Assembly: GCF_963506605.1 (NCBI RefSeq)
Contig: NC_083281.1
Span: 56,792,001-56,856,000, forward strand
Length of the DNA: 64,000 nt
Direction: 5' to 3'
From: Zootoca vivipara
Taxonomy: Eukaryota
Shown: one piece after another, positions 1 to 12,330 of the stretch
How the letters are laid out: every line of letters starts with the position of its first letter
Position numbering within the stretch: position 1 is the first letter of the stretch
Notes under the pieces: model-generated
Database searches by the model: none
Seen by the model: only the letters and a program-made list of their open reading frames with translations
Told to the model about the DNA's origin: nothing
Made by a program: the position numbers and the translations under genes

Positions 1-2606
1 TCTCAAACTCTGGAAAGTGTTCCATCTGAATGCCCACCTGCAGGAAGGAAGAGGAGGAAACACAGAGTTAGGGATGATCTGCCTGGCATTTGCCCATCTC
101 AGGGTGACAATGCGCTCAAAGCTCTGCGAGTGACAGGAAGCCACTCACCATGAGGTACATGGCTCCCGACGGCCGGACAGGCTGCAAGCCGCAGACAGTG
201 GAAAGGGCAGCATAGCAGAGGTCAGCATTGGACTGCAAAGGAAGGAAGGAGGAGGAGTCAGGTCAGATTGCAGGCACAAGCATCCCAGGGTCCCCACTGG
301 GACCACCCAACACTACGGTGTTCATCATGAATAAAGGCTTAAAAGGGTACATTGTTGATTAATTAAAACCTGCCCACCCTGGGAACTGATAGGACCACAA
401 AAAGTGACCTCCTGCTTGCCAGCTGTATCCACACTTGCACTGTGTTTTTTTCCCCCAGTGCTCCTGGTGTGTGCATGTCACTGAGTGCCCCCCCCCACAT
501 CCTGCAGCTGTCTTTTTTTCCATGCTCACTGCCATGAATATTGGGTCTTCCCAGTGCTGAAAAGAGCAAAGCTTTTTACACAGTGTTTGGCTCTGATGTG
601 CTATGTGGTGTGGAATAGTTCAGAGTATATATTTCTACACTGAATGAAAATAAAATAGGGACACTTAACATTCACAAGAGCATAGGAAACTGCCTTATAC
701 CATTGGCCCATTCAGCTCAGTATTGCCTGCACGGACAGGCAGCAGTCCTGCAGGGTTTTAAACAGAGAGTCTCACCAAGCTCTGCCTGGAGATGTAGAAC
801 CTCAGACTTTCTGCATGCAAAGCAGATTGCTCTACCATTGAGCTGAGGTCCATCCTTCCAAACTAGCATATCAATGGAATCTCAAAAAGGAATCTATGCA
901 GAGATTTCATTAATATGCACATTCATTTAACTGTAACAGTTACACTGACTGATTCATGCCAAGCTAGGTTATTAAATGAACCAATAAGTTCCAAAGGGCA
1001 AAACAGGGAGGGGCTGAGGGTGCTGTGCTGAGCACCTCCTTGCCCCCTCCTTGCCAGTGCAGCTCCTCAGGGTGAGAGGAGTCACATTGTCCACTCCCAC
1101 CACCCAAGCAGTGTTTATGGGCTGGGGAGCATCCCTGTTGCCCTCCAAGGAGTTGGAAGAGATAACCAAAAGGGGCTTTGTGAGGCATGAGCACTCCCTG
1201 GTGCTCTCCACCATAGCTGCCAAGTTATCCCCTTTTTTAAGGGAAATTCCCTTATGCTGAATAGGCTTCCTCGCGAGAAAAGGGAAAACTTGGCAGCTAT
1301 GCTCTCCACCCACCCTGTTTTTAATCGTTCTTTTGGTCTAGTCCTGCTTTTCCTTGTGTTTGTTGCTCCTATTTCTTTCCTCCTTTTCCTTTCAAAGGGA
1401 AAGGATGTACCTTGAGAAAGCTGAGGGTGTTGTGGTAGAATTCCGGGGACGTCTGGCGAAGGATGCGGCTGAGAGCTCCCTGGACAACTGTGCAGGGGCC
1501 CAGGATCCTCTGGCTCAGCCGCAGGAGGCCGTCTCTGATCTGAAAGATGCACAGAGGAGAGAGAGCTCAGTAGGGAGGGGCAGCACCTGATCCACAAGTT
1601 GATCTAAGAGAGTGAAATCGCTCAACCTGTTCCACAGCCACAGCAAGAGCCCTCTCGTGGCTCAGTGTGCCCCCAAACCAAAGGCAGAGCTGGGAAGGTG
1701 GGAAAGAGAGTCTGCATCCTGATATGGGTGCAATGGAGGGAACCTGTGCAGAAATCGCACCGGTGTAAAGGGCACAGGAAGTCGGGGAGGGATCTCCTGG
1801 CCCTCTGAAGAAGCATCTGCTACTCAAACCAACTTGTTCCTGTTCAGAGCCCATTTGGAGTAGGGGGCATCTTGGGAAGCCTTTCATTGACCAGACCTAG
1901 GAGGCAGCACAGACAGTGGGCACTGGGGCACAAAGGCTACATGAATCAGGCCTTAGAGGGTGGCTGTGAAGCGGTGAGGGGCACAAACTCTTTCCCTCCA
2001 TCACACCAGCTCCTGGACCGGATGCAGAAAGTCAGGACAGCACCGAGGTCTGCTAACTTACCTCCTTCCCAAAGATCTCCCTGCGATCATGTATGAGAAT
2101 CCAGCCCATTCTCCAGCCAGGCACCAGCCACCGCTTGGCGAGGCCTCCACATGAGAGGATAGGCACGTTGGTGCTGAGCTTTGCAAGGGACTCGTATTTG
2201 CAGTCTTCAAACACCTAGTGGGGGGCGGGGAGTGCAGGAGGAGGAATACCAGAGTAAGTAGTGATGGAGACACCTAAGGGGTGTGTGAAGCAGCTAAGGG
2301 GGGTGCTAGTGCTGTGATTGGGGAGAAGACCAAGCCACCTCAGGCACACCCACCCCCCTCCCTGCTTTCCCAGCCATGTGTCAGAAGGTGGGAGGGGGCT
2401 TCTCCTGGGAAGAAGGTTTTGAGCTGCTGTCCTCGGACTTCCGAGGGGCCAGGGGTGCTTCTGTCTCACTCACCATGTCAGCGTAGATCTCGTCGGCCAA
2501 GATAGGGATACACTGCCTGGAAGCAACTGAGCAGGAAAAGAAAGAAATCTAGTCAGCCCCCTGACACTGTTTCCTTCTTTCTTCCCCAGAGCAAGGCCTG
2601 GGATAG

Positions 2607-2651
<45 letters not shown>

Positions 2652-4420
2652 TGGGGGATCCTCACCTGCCAGGATCTTCTGGAGGTGGCTTTTGCTGAAA
2701 ACGGAGCCACAGGGGTTAGATGGGTTGTTCACAATCAGGCAAGCCGTCTTGTCATCCACCAGCGACTCCATTTGCTTCAGGTCAATTTCCCACGACTTCT
2801 CTGGCTGCAGGGAGTAGAAAAGGGAGGAAGAGGTGAGGAATGCTCCCACTTCAGGACCTCAGCTGGTACCACATCTCGGTGCCCATGGACCAGGCTTCCT
2901 GCTGGGCAGGTGAAAAGGGATGGCGGTTGGAGCGACTGTCCACTGGTCAGGATACTGACCTCCCTTTTCTCTTCCAAGAGCCCTGCAACACCTCCCAGCC
3001 TGGGTTTGGGCCCAGTCCAAAGAAGGGGAGATGGAGAACAGGTCCCCCAGGCCTTGAACCAGGGTCGACAGGCAGCCCTTCTTTATAGCTGAGCTCTGTG
3101 GAGAAGCAGGCAGAGCCCTGCGAGGGAGTGCCTGCTTGCCTTCCTGCTTGTGCCATGCCTCTCTGCAGGCAGTAGGGGGGGGTATGCTGCACCGCCTCCG
3201 GCCCCGGCTTACCAAGAGGTTATAGAATTTGACCTCGATGCCCAGGGACTGAGCCAGGGTTTTGTAGAGGGAGAAGCCAGGCCGTGGCACCAGGATGTTC
3301 TGCCCGGGGTTGGCCAACACAGCCAGGGCCAGCTCAATGGCCTGACTGCAGCCGCTTGTCAGGATCACGTCCTGCAAAGGAAGAGGGAGCAGAGCAGGAA
3401 GCCATGAGCCTGGCGGGTAGCAAACACCAGGAATGACTAGCCCAGAAGAAGCACAGAAGGGGAGGGAGGTGGGAGGGAAAGGTTTATTCACTCACTCTTT
3501 CTGGAAATTCCTGGCAAGGAGCCTGGAATGAAAGGGGGCGGAGGTCCCTGCTAGCATACAGAAGGTCCCAGTTTGAATCCCCAATGGCATCAGCTTAGGC
3601 TGGGAGACAATACCAAGCTAGGTGGACCAGTTGTCTGACTCAGTATAAGGCAGCTTCCTGGGTTCTTAATAAAGATTCCAGGCCCAGGATCCTTTCTGGG
3701 CAAGCTCCAGTTCCAATACAGTGAGTTGCAGAGATGTTGGCCAGGGTTTGCAAAAGCTAATGTTCTCAACATCCCCATCAAGCATCAAGGTCAGATGGCA
3801 ACGCATGCAGCACTCAGGGTCAGTTACCTGGGCTTCCAAGGGGGCTTCTGGGCAGTTGTAGTAGCCTGCGACCACCTCCCGGCAAGACAAGTAACCTGTG
3901 TAGGGGATTCCCAGAAGAGTTAGTCTTTTGCTGCAAAAGCAAAATAGGGGCTGCACACATTGAAAGCATCTCCCAGGACTTACCTACTGAGGGGGCATAG
4001 CCATTATACTGCCCAGAATCCAGGGCCTCCTTCATGGCTTGGATGACTCCATCATCTGTTGGGAGGTTCCCAAACACGGTTGGGTCCCCTGTGGGGAAAC
4101 ATGAGGGGAATCCATGTCAGTTGAGGGTGGGGCATTGGCAGGAGCCCCCACCTTGTGGTCCCTCCATAGCCCACCTGCTTACCTATGGACAGAGAGATCA
4201 GGGGCTTCTGGTGGTTGGGCTCCACCTTCATGCTGTCCACAATGGCTCGGATGGGGTTGAAGGTCCTCTTGGACATTTCGGAGGCCCTGACGGCCCAGTG
4301 GGCCTTGCGTTTTTTCCCTTTGCCCAGAGAAGGGCCCTTCCCACCGTTGAGGCTGACGTGGACATCAAGGATGGAGGGCAGGGACGTCTTGCCATTCACA
4401 TGGATCAGGTAGGATTCCAT
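1..4420 (-). CDS. TAT: Tyrosine aminotransferase, 3'-partial (runs off the window start). Coding exons: 4183-4420, 3984-4088, 3828-3895, 3213-3371, 2666-2804, 2474-2526, 2062-2214, 1411-1539, 149-232, <1-37
   Basis: Spliced translation gives [10 protein letters not shown]...[11 protein letters not shown]...[10 protein letters not shown]...[14 protein letters not shown]...NNPSNPCG...ADEIYADM...[13 protein letters not shown] (PLP lysine)...SQRILGPCT...GAMYLMVGI. All introns are GT-AG with consistent phases. Confidence 0.97.
680..845 (-). mobile_element. Decayed tRNA-derived squamate SINE (Squam3-like)
   Basis: Reverse strand carries a tRNA-like head (agctcaatggtagagcaatctgctttgcatgcagaaag) and the tail ...gtataaggcagtttcctatg shared with other copies in the window; boundaries approximate. 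Confidence 0.6.
1212..1301. mobile_element. 90-bp hAT-type MITE
   Basis: TIR catagctgccaagtt...aacttggcagctatg; 8-bp TSD ctctccac at 1204-1211 and 1302-1309. Confidence 0.9.
2608..2649. repeat. (CA)n microsatellite in a TAT intron
   Basis: About 21 CA units. Confidence 0.95.
3545..3668 (+). mobile_element. Decayed tRNA-derived SINE (Squam3-like)
   Basis: gaaggtcccagtttgaatcccc (B-box-like) and tail gtctgactcagtataaggcagcttcct. Confidence 0.55.
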
Positions 4421-4908
4421 CTCTGGAAGGGAAGCGCAAAGAGCAGGTGGGCCAACATCCCTGAGTAAACAATCCTCTCTTCAAGGCTGCCATCTGTTCA
4501 AGGTCACTGTCATGGCAGAATTGGGTGGAGATATGGGTGGAGATAGCCAAGGGGCGGCGGGGGAGCTGCCCCCCCAGATCAAGTAAAACAATAGAAGTAC
4601 TTAACTGACAAATCATGTCGATTCTGCCCCCTCCCCAACAAAAATCCTGGCTACGCCCATGGGTGGAAGCACCAGTCCTGAGCAGGCAGGAGCCAAGTGA
4701 GCTGCCACATCCCTCTAGCAGGACCCTAATCAAGCCTCACAGCAGGGAAGCCGGTAAAAGGGGGTGGAGATGTGCGGGGAGTGGGGCAAGAACTGCTGTT
4801 GGGCTGGAGGCCAACTTGGATGAGGGAAATGTGTTTTCCCTCTATGCCCTCCTTCCCACAGTGGTAGGGGCAGTATGTACTTTGGCATTGGCAAGTGAAT
4901 GGCAAGAC

Positions 4909-4910
<2 letters not shown>

Positions 4911-4961
<51 letters not shown>
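4911..4961. repeat. Compound (CT)n(GT)n microsatellite
   Basis: Seen directly. Confidence 0.95.
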
Positions 4962-4962
<1 letters not shown>

Positions 4963-7667
4963 TGAGCAGGCTTTGACCGAGTTCTCTTTCAAAACATACT
5001 TGTCTACTTGTGCCTAAGTGCTGGAGGTGGGAGGACACCCCCATTCTTCACTTTGGAGTTCATCTCCAGTATAAAATCACTGGGTGACCTCAGGGAAGCC
5101 ATTCTCTCCCGACCTACCTTTCAGGGTTGCTGTTAGGATGAGTGAGAGAGGATTGTTGAAGCACTGTTAGAACTCAAAAAGGGGTGTATAAATGAATTTT
5201 GGTCTACTATGAAAAATCTTGTAAAGTGTTTTAGGCTGTTTGTCTTTAAGCCATGATTGATTGATTTTTTTAAAAGTCAAATTGATTAATTATAGAAACA
5301 GATTTAAGAACAAAAGGGAAGAATAATTTGTCAGGAGTTTCAAATGCCATTTGAGAAGCCCAAACAGTGTCGCCGGAACCTGAGAATCACCACTGAGGGA
5401 TCTTATGGGCAAGACTCAAGGGCTGAGTCAGCCACTGTCCTTGTAAAACACTGAGAAAAAACCCCAGCAAACATTGGACCAGGATCAGGGAAATGGCCCT
5501 GCACTTGCCTTGGGAGAAATTTGACTTGCGTTGCCCCCTTCCCTCCCTCTATCCCCCTGTCTCACTCCAAAGAATCTGGCACAGCTGGAGAGAGCTGAGC
5601 AAAGCTGGTGGTATGTGGCAAAGAAACCAGCAAGGTGAGTAAGAGGCAGCTGGTGGCCCCATGGGCAAGAAGGGCACACGAGAGCCAGGGGCACAACTAA
5701 GAAGTCTCCAGTGCCAGCTGCAAAAGGCCAAGGAACTTCTTCACATTGGCTGAAAAGTCATTTCCTCTCTGTACTCCCAGAATAAAGCAATAAGCATAAT
5801 ATGGCAGTAATTTTGATTGCAGGTATGGTGCCACCTGAGGCAATCTCTCTGCCTCCCAAGATAAAGCCAGCCTGCACCCTCCACCCCAAGCCACCTCAAG
5901 TCCTGGCTCCTCTTGGAACAAGCAACAGAGACGTCAACACCACTCTCCACAGACGCCAGAATTCTTCAGTTCCTTGTTCCAGAGCCTCCACTGCCCCAAG
6001 AGGCCAGGCCAGTCCCTTTGCAATTGTCCACCTCCAGGTTCTGTGTTGTGTCTGCTCAGGTCACTCCTGGTCTCCGGAGGGTGTACATGCTGGGACAGGG
6101 GTGTCCCAGGAAAAGCACCCGAGTTCTGCCTCAGCCACTTTGTTGCAGCCCTTCATGCGGTGCTTGTTCCCCGCAGAGGACTCCATCCCAGGGACTGTGG
6201 ACACCAGCTCAGACCCCGTCAGGCTTACAGGTGGCACCTCAAGGAGCCTCTTACCTATGTGGCAGCAGCTGCAGCTTTGTGTGGTGGCAAAGGTGGGCGA
6301 ATGAGGCACCTCTGATGCACCTGGCAGGCCGCTCTGCCTGCTCTGGAGCTGCTGAATGGGGAGATCGGAGCCTTCCCTGGGCCCTTTTATGTGGGATAGG
6401 CGGGCAGGAGCACAACAGGGCCCCATTGCAGATTCCCAGCCAAGAACTGGGTGTCAACTTGGAGACCTTTAGTGATTGGCTGATAGGGAGGGCTGCACTC
6501 CCCCCCTCCCTTCAGGACACACAGACACACCAACTCAGTAATAGTCTAGCTCCAAACATCTGGAGCAAACACTGCCTACATGTTAACCCTTCGACTGCCG
6601 TCTACACCCCCACAGCTCCCCAATCCCATTTGTGAAGTGTGAGCACAAAATTGGGGTAGGACTCCTCCCAGTCTGGCCTTGGCAGGTTAGATGAGTATGC
6701 CACCCCTCCACTACCAGGGGCAGCCAGATTGCAACCCTCATTGCTGGAGAATATTGGGCCTGCGGAGGCTGGGTGCCCACAGTGGAGAGGGGTGTGTTAA
6801 TTTCCTCAGTGCCTCAGTGGTCCAAGGCTTAGCCTGGCAGTCTTGGCCTGATTCAATCAGCTGCATTCATCCCATCATCTCCAGCTCCACGTTGCAGAGC
6901 ACTAATGAGTCCCAAATGTTCCCCCCCACCCACATCTACGCACGCAAGCAAGCAAAGAGGAGGTGTCCTGATAGCAACAACAGTCGTACCGCCCTCCTCC
7001 AACTACAGGTATTCAGCCCCGCCACACCCCCAGCAGCTGAAGGTCAAAGGGTACCTGCCTGACCGGGACCCCATTAATCTCCAGCAAAGAGGCAGATCTC
7101 ATTTCTGGAGGGGTGGTGGAGAGCTAGCCTAAGCAGCTAATGGATGTGTATCTACCTCAGGCCTAGAGGGAGAGAAAGAAGTTGGTAGCCTCTGAACAGC
7201 CTGGCTCAGAAAGGTATAGTTGCTGGCATTGCAAGGCACCCTTAATTACAGCCTTTGCCCACCCTGGCTAGCACCAAGAGTGTTTCTGTGCCAAGGAGCC
7301 CCCCTCCCAGGTTTGCAAGTGGCACAAGGTCTCTTCCGCACCCAGAACAACACAGAGGGCAGAGAACAGGATGACTGCCAGTGCCAGGTCAAGACCTGTC
7401 CCTCAAGGCCAATTCTTGGGCCCCATCAGGCTCACCCTCAAGCGTCAAGCTCTGTGACCCCTTTCCCCATTGCCCGCCCTGAAGTGTTGCTGGTGCCAAG
7501 GTGATCTGCCCAGTTCTGCAGGCTGTAGCTGCAGCAGAGCGAGGCTGGCCTTGAGACATTTCTCCCCCACCATAATGTGCCTGGCAAGGTGCCCTCTCTC
7601 CCCCCCCCCTACCAGTTGATGCAAGCAATGACTCTGGCTGTCACCTTGCAAGGCTCAGTCGACAGGA

Positions 7668-7713
7668 GCCCTTTGGTTCAACTTTGCATCAGCTGATAGC
7701 CTGAGTTACGTAA
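7668..7713. promoter_or_regulatory. Candidate liver regulatory module upstream of TAT (HNF4-like sites and PAR-bZIP D-box)
   Basis: gccctttggttcaactttgc (two CAAAG-core motifs on the minus strand) and palindromic TTACGTAA at 7706-7713. Motif match only. Confidence 0.3.
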
Positions 7714-8319
7714 GGCTGGCAGTCTGCAGGTGGGAGGGAGGACTGCTAAACATTTGGGACCTCACAGGTGCTGCCCAAGAAGCCTCCAGAAAGTGCTCCC
7801 CTCAGACAGGCTGGGGCGGCAGGCATACTATGGGGGGTAACACCACCTGAAACCTCATTTTGTGTTGCGGAATCCCTGGAAAGGGCACAGAGAATGATTT
7901 AGCACTGTGGGAGAAAGATTCCCCCGCAATGCACACGTAATGCACCAGCAGCTCTTCCAGTAACCCATCCCAGATGCTCCCTTTCCTTTGGCCCCAGAAG
8001 TGCAAAACCAGCAGCAGACTCTCTGACACCTTCCTACCCAGGCTCCTCAGGCTCCTCCATCCTCAAAGTTTTCTCTACGCACAGCATGGCTGGCAGCATC
8101 CACAAACTCTCCCCTTCCCCTTCTGCCTACCAGGAAGGCACCTACAGCCTGACAGAGGCACTGGTGACGCTGCTACAGGAAGCAGAAGATGGGCAAGTGG
8201 TTGTGGCTCGTGCTGCCTCTCTGCTCTTGGAGGGGCGAATGGACTGCAGCGTAAGGGACTCTTTGCAAGGCCTACCTTGGGGAATTCCCCCCTCCCCATC
8301 AGACTTTCAGCCACCACAG

Positions 8320-8455
8320 CAGGCACCCCCAAACTCGGCCTTCCAGATGTATTGGGACTACAGCTCCTATCATCCCTAGCTAACAGGACCAGTGGTCAGG
8401 GATGATGGGAATTGTAGTCCCAAAATAGCTGGAGAGCAGAGTTTGGGGGTGCCTG
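8320..8455. mobile_element. hAT-type MITE
   Basis: TIR caggcacccccaaact...agtttgggggtgcctg; 8-bp TSD caccacag at 8312-8319 and 8456-8463; same family as 58878-59013. Confidence 0.9.
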
Positions 8456-10532
8456 CACCACAGCATCCTCTAGCTGTTCCGTTCACTTTCTGGGGTCAGA
8501 GGCTTTGGGGTTCTTGGAGTACCCTGGAGGAAACACTTCTGGCCTTGCAAATGGGTATGTTCCTGGGATGAAAAGCTCTGGGTTTGCCTCCATCGCCCCC
8601 TTCCTCCCCAAATATGAGGACTGGTTCTAGGGAGCTTCCTGCTTGCAGGCCCAGCAGCCTTTGTTTATCAAGAGATGCCACTTCATAGACTAGGGCGGGG
8701 GGGATTTTGTGGTCCCCTGGGCGGGGGGTTGGGTGGTCCCCCATTCCTCCTCTCTCCCTTTTGCAGTGCTTAGGTTTCACTCTCTTTTAGCTGGATTAAA
8801 CTCCCTCCTCTATCTGCCGTCAAGCTGCACCAGTAAAAGACCTTATTTCTGTCCAGCACCAAAGATCTGCACAGGGCCTCCCATGGAGGACAATGAACTC
8901 AGTGCCTTGATGGGTGGGGAAGGTTACCATGACTTGTGTTTTGAGACTCTCCGCAGCAAGCCGTTGTGCAATGGGAAGGGAGGGGAAAGGAAGGGAGCAG
9001 GAACCACTTTCTCCCATTTGCGGAAAGCTTTAACCCCCCCGCCCCCCTCCTTTGAAGCCAAGTCAATATTGGCTAATTTCATCACCGATGTTTGGTTAGT
9101 GACTTCACATTCTCATCCTCTTGCATGGCCTGTTGTGTAGCGGCCTCTGCCCTCTTCACCTCCATGGCCTTGGAGCAGCCAGGTGCCAAGCAAACAACAG
9201 GAGGGCTCTCGGATGACTTCAAGGGGCGTCTATTCACATATGTCACCCACTTTTTCAGGTGTCATTCTTACGCAATTTCCAGGAACAGGGCAGGCACCAA
9301 CCACCTCACTTTCCCAGCCACTCCTCCGGCTCCAAACAGTATTGCAAGAACAATGGTATTCCACACAGTCAGGGATAAAACTGCACAGCCGGTTGCTTGG
9401 GTGCAGCTAAACACATTCCTTGAATTAGGCACACTGTTTGTATAATTTTGAAAACACAAATTTCCCATGTCACAGCAGAGATGTCAGATTGAGTGATGTG
9501 TACTTTCCTCAGAAACTCACAGGCTGTTGGGAGGGGCGAGGAGGACTGTGTTCCACTGAACTTCGTTCTGGACTCTTCCTTTCTGTTGTGGTCCCTGTGA
9601 CTCTTGCTTGGATTCCTTCTCCCCAGTTTACATAACTGCAATTCTGCTCTGCTCCATATAACAGTCCATAGTGAGTTTCCACTGGCTGGAATTTGTTTCT
9701 TTTTCTTTTGCAATTATTTTTATTAAGTTTTCCCATTTCCATATTCGTTACTTTGCTTCTAATGTGGATGGTGTATCTGGATCCTCATTAAAATCACCGG
9801 CATTTCATAGGCTTGTTCCCCACATAGCCAAAGTATTTCCCTAGCTAAGAACTTTATGCAAAAACCAGGACAACTACTGGGTGTCATTATCATGGTCAAA
9901 GGTCCGCTTCTGAAAGTGTTGCCCAACAATTCCTTGACTGACCTATCTCCCAAAACTTTGAAGGCAGAGAACCACCCCCACCCCCAAAACTGGAATACAC
10001 ATCCTCTGTCAGAATGGACCACCATCATATTAGATTGTCCATATTTCCTTTCTTCTTTGTTTAAGTTTAGGAATAGCTAGTTGGTGGCAATTTTTTCTCA
10101 TCACCATATGCAATTGCAGGATAAGGCTGTTGATTGCAGAACAGCCAAATGCCATTGCAGTTCTTCAAGGCTACTAATCAGAAACTTCCTTCTTGCAGGA
10201 TCGTGCCTCTCATGCTTCCCGTTTAGGACATTTGGATCATTAGTGATTAATTTTCTCTTACTTGCCATTTGGTATCACTTCAGCTCCATATAGGTACCAA
10301 AAGCTGATCCAGCTGCTGTTTTATTTATTTTAATACATTTGCACATTAACTTTACAAAAGCTAGCAAACAATAAAATATTTTAAAAGGAACATTTAGTTA
10401 AAACCAATCACCACTAAATACAATAAAGCAGGAGCAACTAAATTACTAACTCACATAGAAAGTCAATAGAAGGCCAAACAAAACAAGAAATGTTTTCAAG
10501 AGCCACTTAATGGCAATGACTGAAGAGGCCCC

Positions 10533-10940
10533 CTGTATGATGGCGTCCTATGTTGAACTGACAACATCATAGTAGGTAAACATCAGCAATAAAGTCTGAA
10601 GCCAATTCCAGACAGGTGTTGGGAGAGGAACCTGAAACAGAATGAAAAGTGCAGATTTGCCATGTCAGAAATTAAATGCTGAGGACATAGGTTAACCAAA
10701 GATGGGCTAATACCTGATGCAACTAAAATCAAAGCCAGAATTGGAATGCCTAGTCCAAAGAATAAGCTTGATGTACAAAGATTTCTAGGAATGGCCAGGA
10801 TCTAGCAAAGTTTATTCCAAACATGATAACAGCAATCACAACAGCATGGAAAGAGTTATTGGCTCATGATGCTGCATTTCACTGGATGCCAAACTACAAA
10901 GGAACATTCAGGCAGTTCAAGGGGCTGCTAGAAAAAGCAA
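10533..10940 (+). mobile_element. Decayed Gypsy/Ty3 pol fragment (RT C-terminus and connection region)
   Basis: Disrupted translation ...TDNIIV...KCRFAMSEIKC*GHRLTKDGLIPDATKIKARIGMPSPKNKLDVQRFLGMA/LAKFIPNM...KELLAHDAAFHW fits the Gypsy pattern (LGH...PDP.K..AI..MP.P....V.RFLG...Y..KFIP). Confidence 0.85.
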
Positions 10941-11246
10941 AGTGTCATGATTTGAAAGAACCAGCAGCAGGGATCCTTCTGTGTTGCTGCAGCCGAAAGC
11001 CTTGTCTTTTGTACCTGCTCCCCTCCCCAAACACCAGCAACCACCCTGCAGGACTGCACTCAAACATTTGGCTGTTACAATAAGCATCCACTTCTATTTC
11101 ATCACCAAAAATGTTAAGTCTGGGGGAGCAAACAATACCTAATGGCAGAGGAATATAAACACCAGCAAAAATCACAGCAAGGAGAACAAAATGAAGCAGG
11201 TGTTCTAAGCAAGTACCCAATGAAAGAGCAATATTTTCACTCATCA

Positions 11247-11548
11247 TTGGAACATGGGAAGCTGCCTGAGTCAGACCATTGGTCTATCTAGCTCAATACT
11301 GCCTGCGGTTACTGGCAGCAATGGCTCACCAAGTTTCAGGCAGGGAGGTTCTCTCCTACCCCTACCTGGTGATGCTGTAAGGCAGGCTTCCTCAACCTCA
11401 GCCCTCCAGATGTTTTTGGCCATGATCCCCTAGCTAGCAGGACCAGTGGTCAGGGATGATGGGAATTGTAATCTCAAAAACATCTGGAGGGCCAAGGTTG
11501 AGAAAGCCTGCTGTAAGGGATTGAACCTGGGATATTTGCAAAGCAGAT
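11247..11548 (-). mobile_element. tRNA-derived SINE (Squam3-like) interrupted by a MITE
   Basis: gaacatgggaagctgcctgagtcagaccattggtctatctagctca...gggattgaacctggg; boundaries approximate. Confidence 0.55.
11383..11510. mobile_element. hAT-type MITE nested in a SINE
   Basis: TIR caggcttcctcaacct...aggttgagaaagcctg; 8-bp TSD ctgtaagg at 11375-11382 and 11511-11518. Confidence 0.9.
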
Positions 11549-11754
11549 GAAAGAAGTTGGGGTGGTGCTGGTGGTAGCTGAATCCCCAGGAAGTGTGTTC
11601 CTGAACTTGATAGCCACTACCAAGCAGGTCTCCCTCACACGATCTTGAATGAATCTAAGTTAGTTCTGACCATTAGCTTCAGTGGGTCTGCTCAGAGTGG
11701 AACTAGCATCAAATACCAACCATTATTTTTGTGCCTTCCTAACTTGTCCTGCAA

Positions 11755-12094
11755 GGTGGCGCTGTGGTTAAACCACTGAGCCTAGGGCTTGCTGATCAGA
11801 AGGTCAGCGGTTCGAATCCCTGTGACGGGGTGAGCTCCCGTTGCTTGGTCCCAGCTCCTGCCAACCTAGCAGTTCGAAAGCACGTCAAAATGCAAGTAGA
11901 TAAATAGGAACCGCTACAGCGGGAAGGTAAACGGCGTTTCCATGTGCTGCTCTGGGTTGCCAGAAGCGGCTGTGTCATGCTGGCCACATGACCTGGAAGC
12001 TATACGCCGGCTCCCTCGGCCAATAATGCGAGATGAGCGCGCAACCCCAGAGTCGGTCACGACTGGACCTAATGGTCAGGGGTCCCTTTACCTT
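11755..12094 (+). mobile_element. Sauria SINE (Podarcis POM-like), near full length
   Basis: A box ggtggcgctgtggt, B box ggttcgaatcc, typical body and (accttt)n tail; 15-bp TSD taacttgtcctgcaa at 11740-11754 and 12095-12109. Confidence 0.93.
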
Positions 12095-12148
12095 TAACTT
12101 GTCCTGCAACCTTATAATACCAATACCAATAGATACATACCAGTACGG

Positions 12149-12330
12149 GTAGCACCTTAGAGACCAACTAAGTTTGCCATTTGTATGAGGTTTTGTGTAC
12201 ATGCACACTTCTTCAGATACACACAAAAGCTCATACCAATGGCAAACTTAGTTGGTCTCTAAGGTGCTACTGGAAGGAATTTTTTTTATTTTGTTTCGAC
12301 TACGGCAGACCAACACGGCTAGCTACCTGT
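12149..12330. mobile_element. Penelope-like element terminal fragment with inverted end (hairpin 12149-12270)
   Basis: Inverted arms of about 50 bp, the first 33 bp perfect (gtagcaccttagagaccaactaagtttgccatt); decayed minimal hammerhead motif on the minus strand at 12183-12220. Confidence 0.75.

Noticed and set aside
1354-1590. Plus-strand ORF with an apparent acceptor
   Set aside because: It is the antisense shadow of TAT exon 1411-1539.
5801-6635. 167-aa and 240-aa ORFs
   Set aside because: No homology or motif recognised; GC-rich noise.
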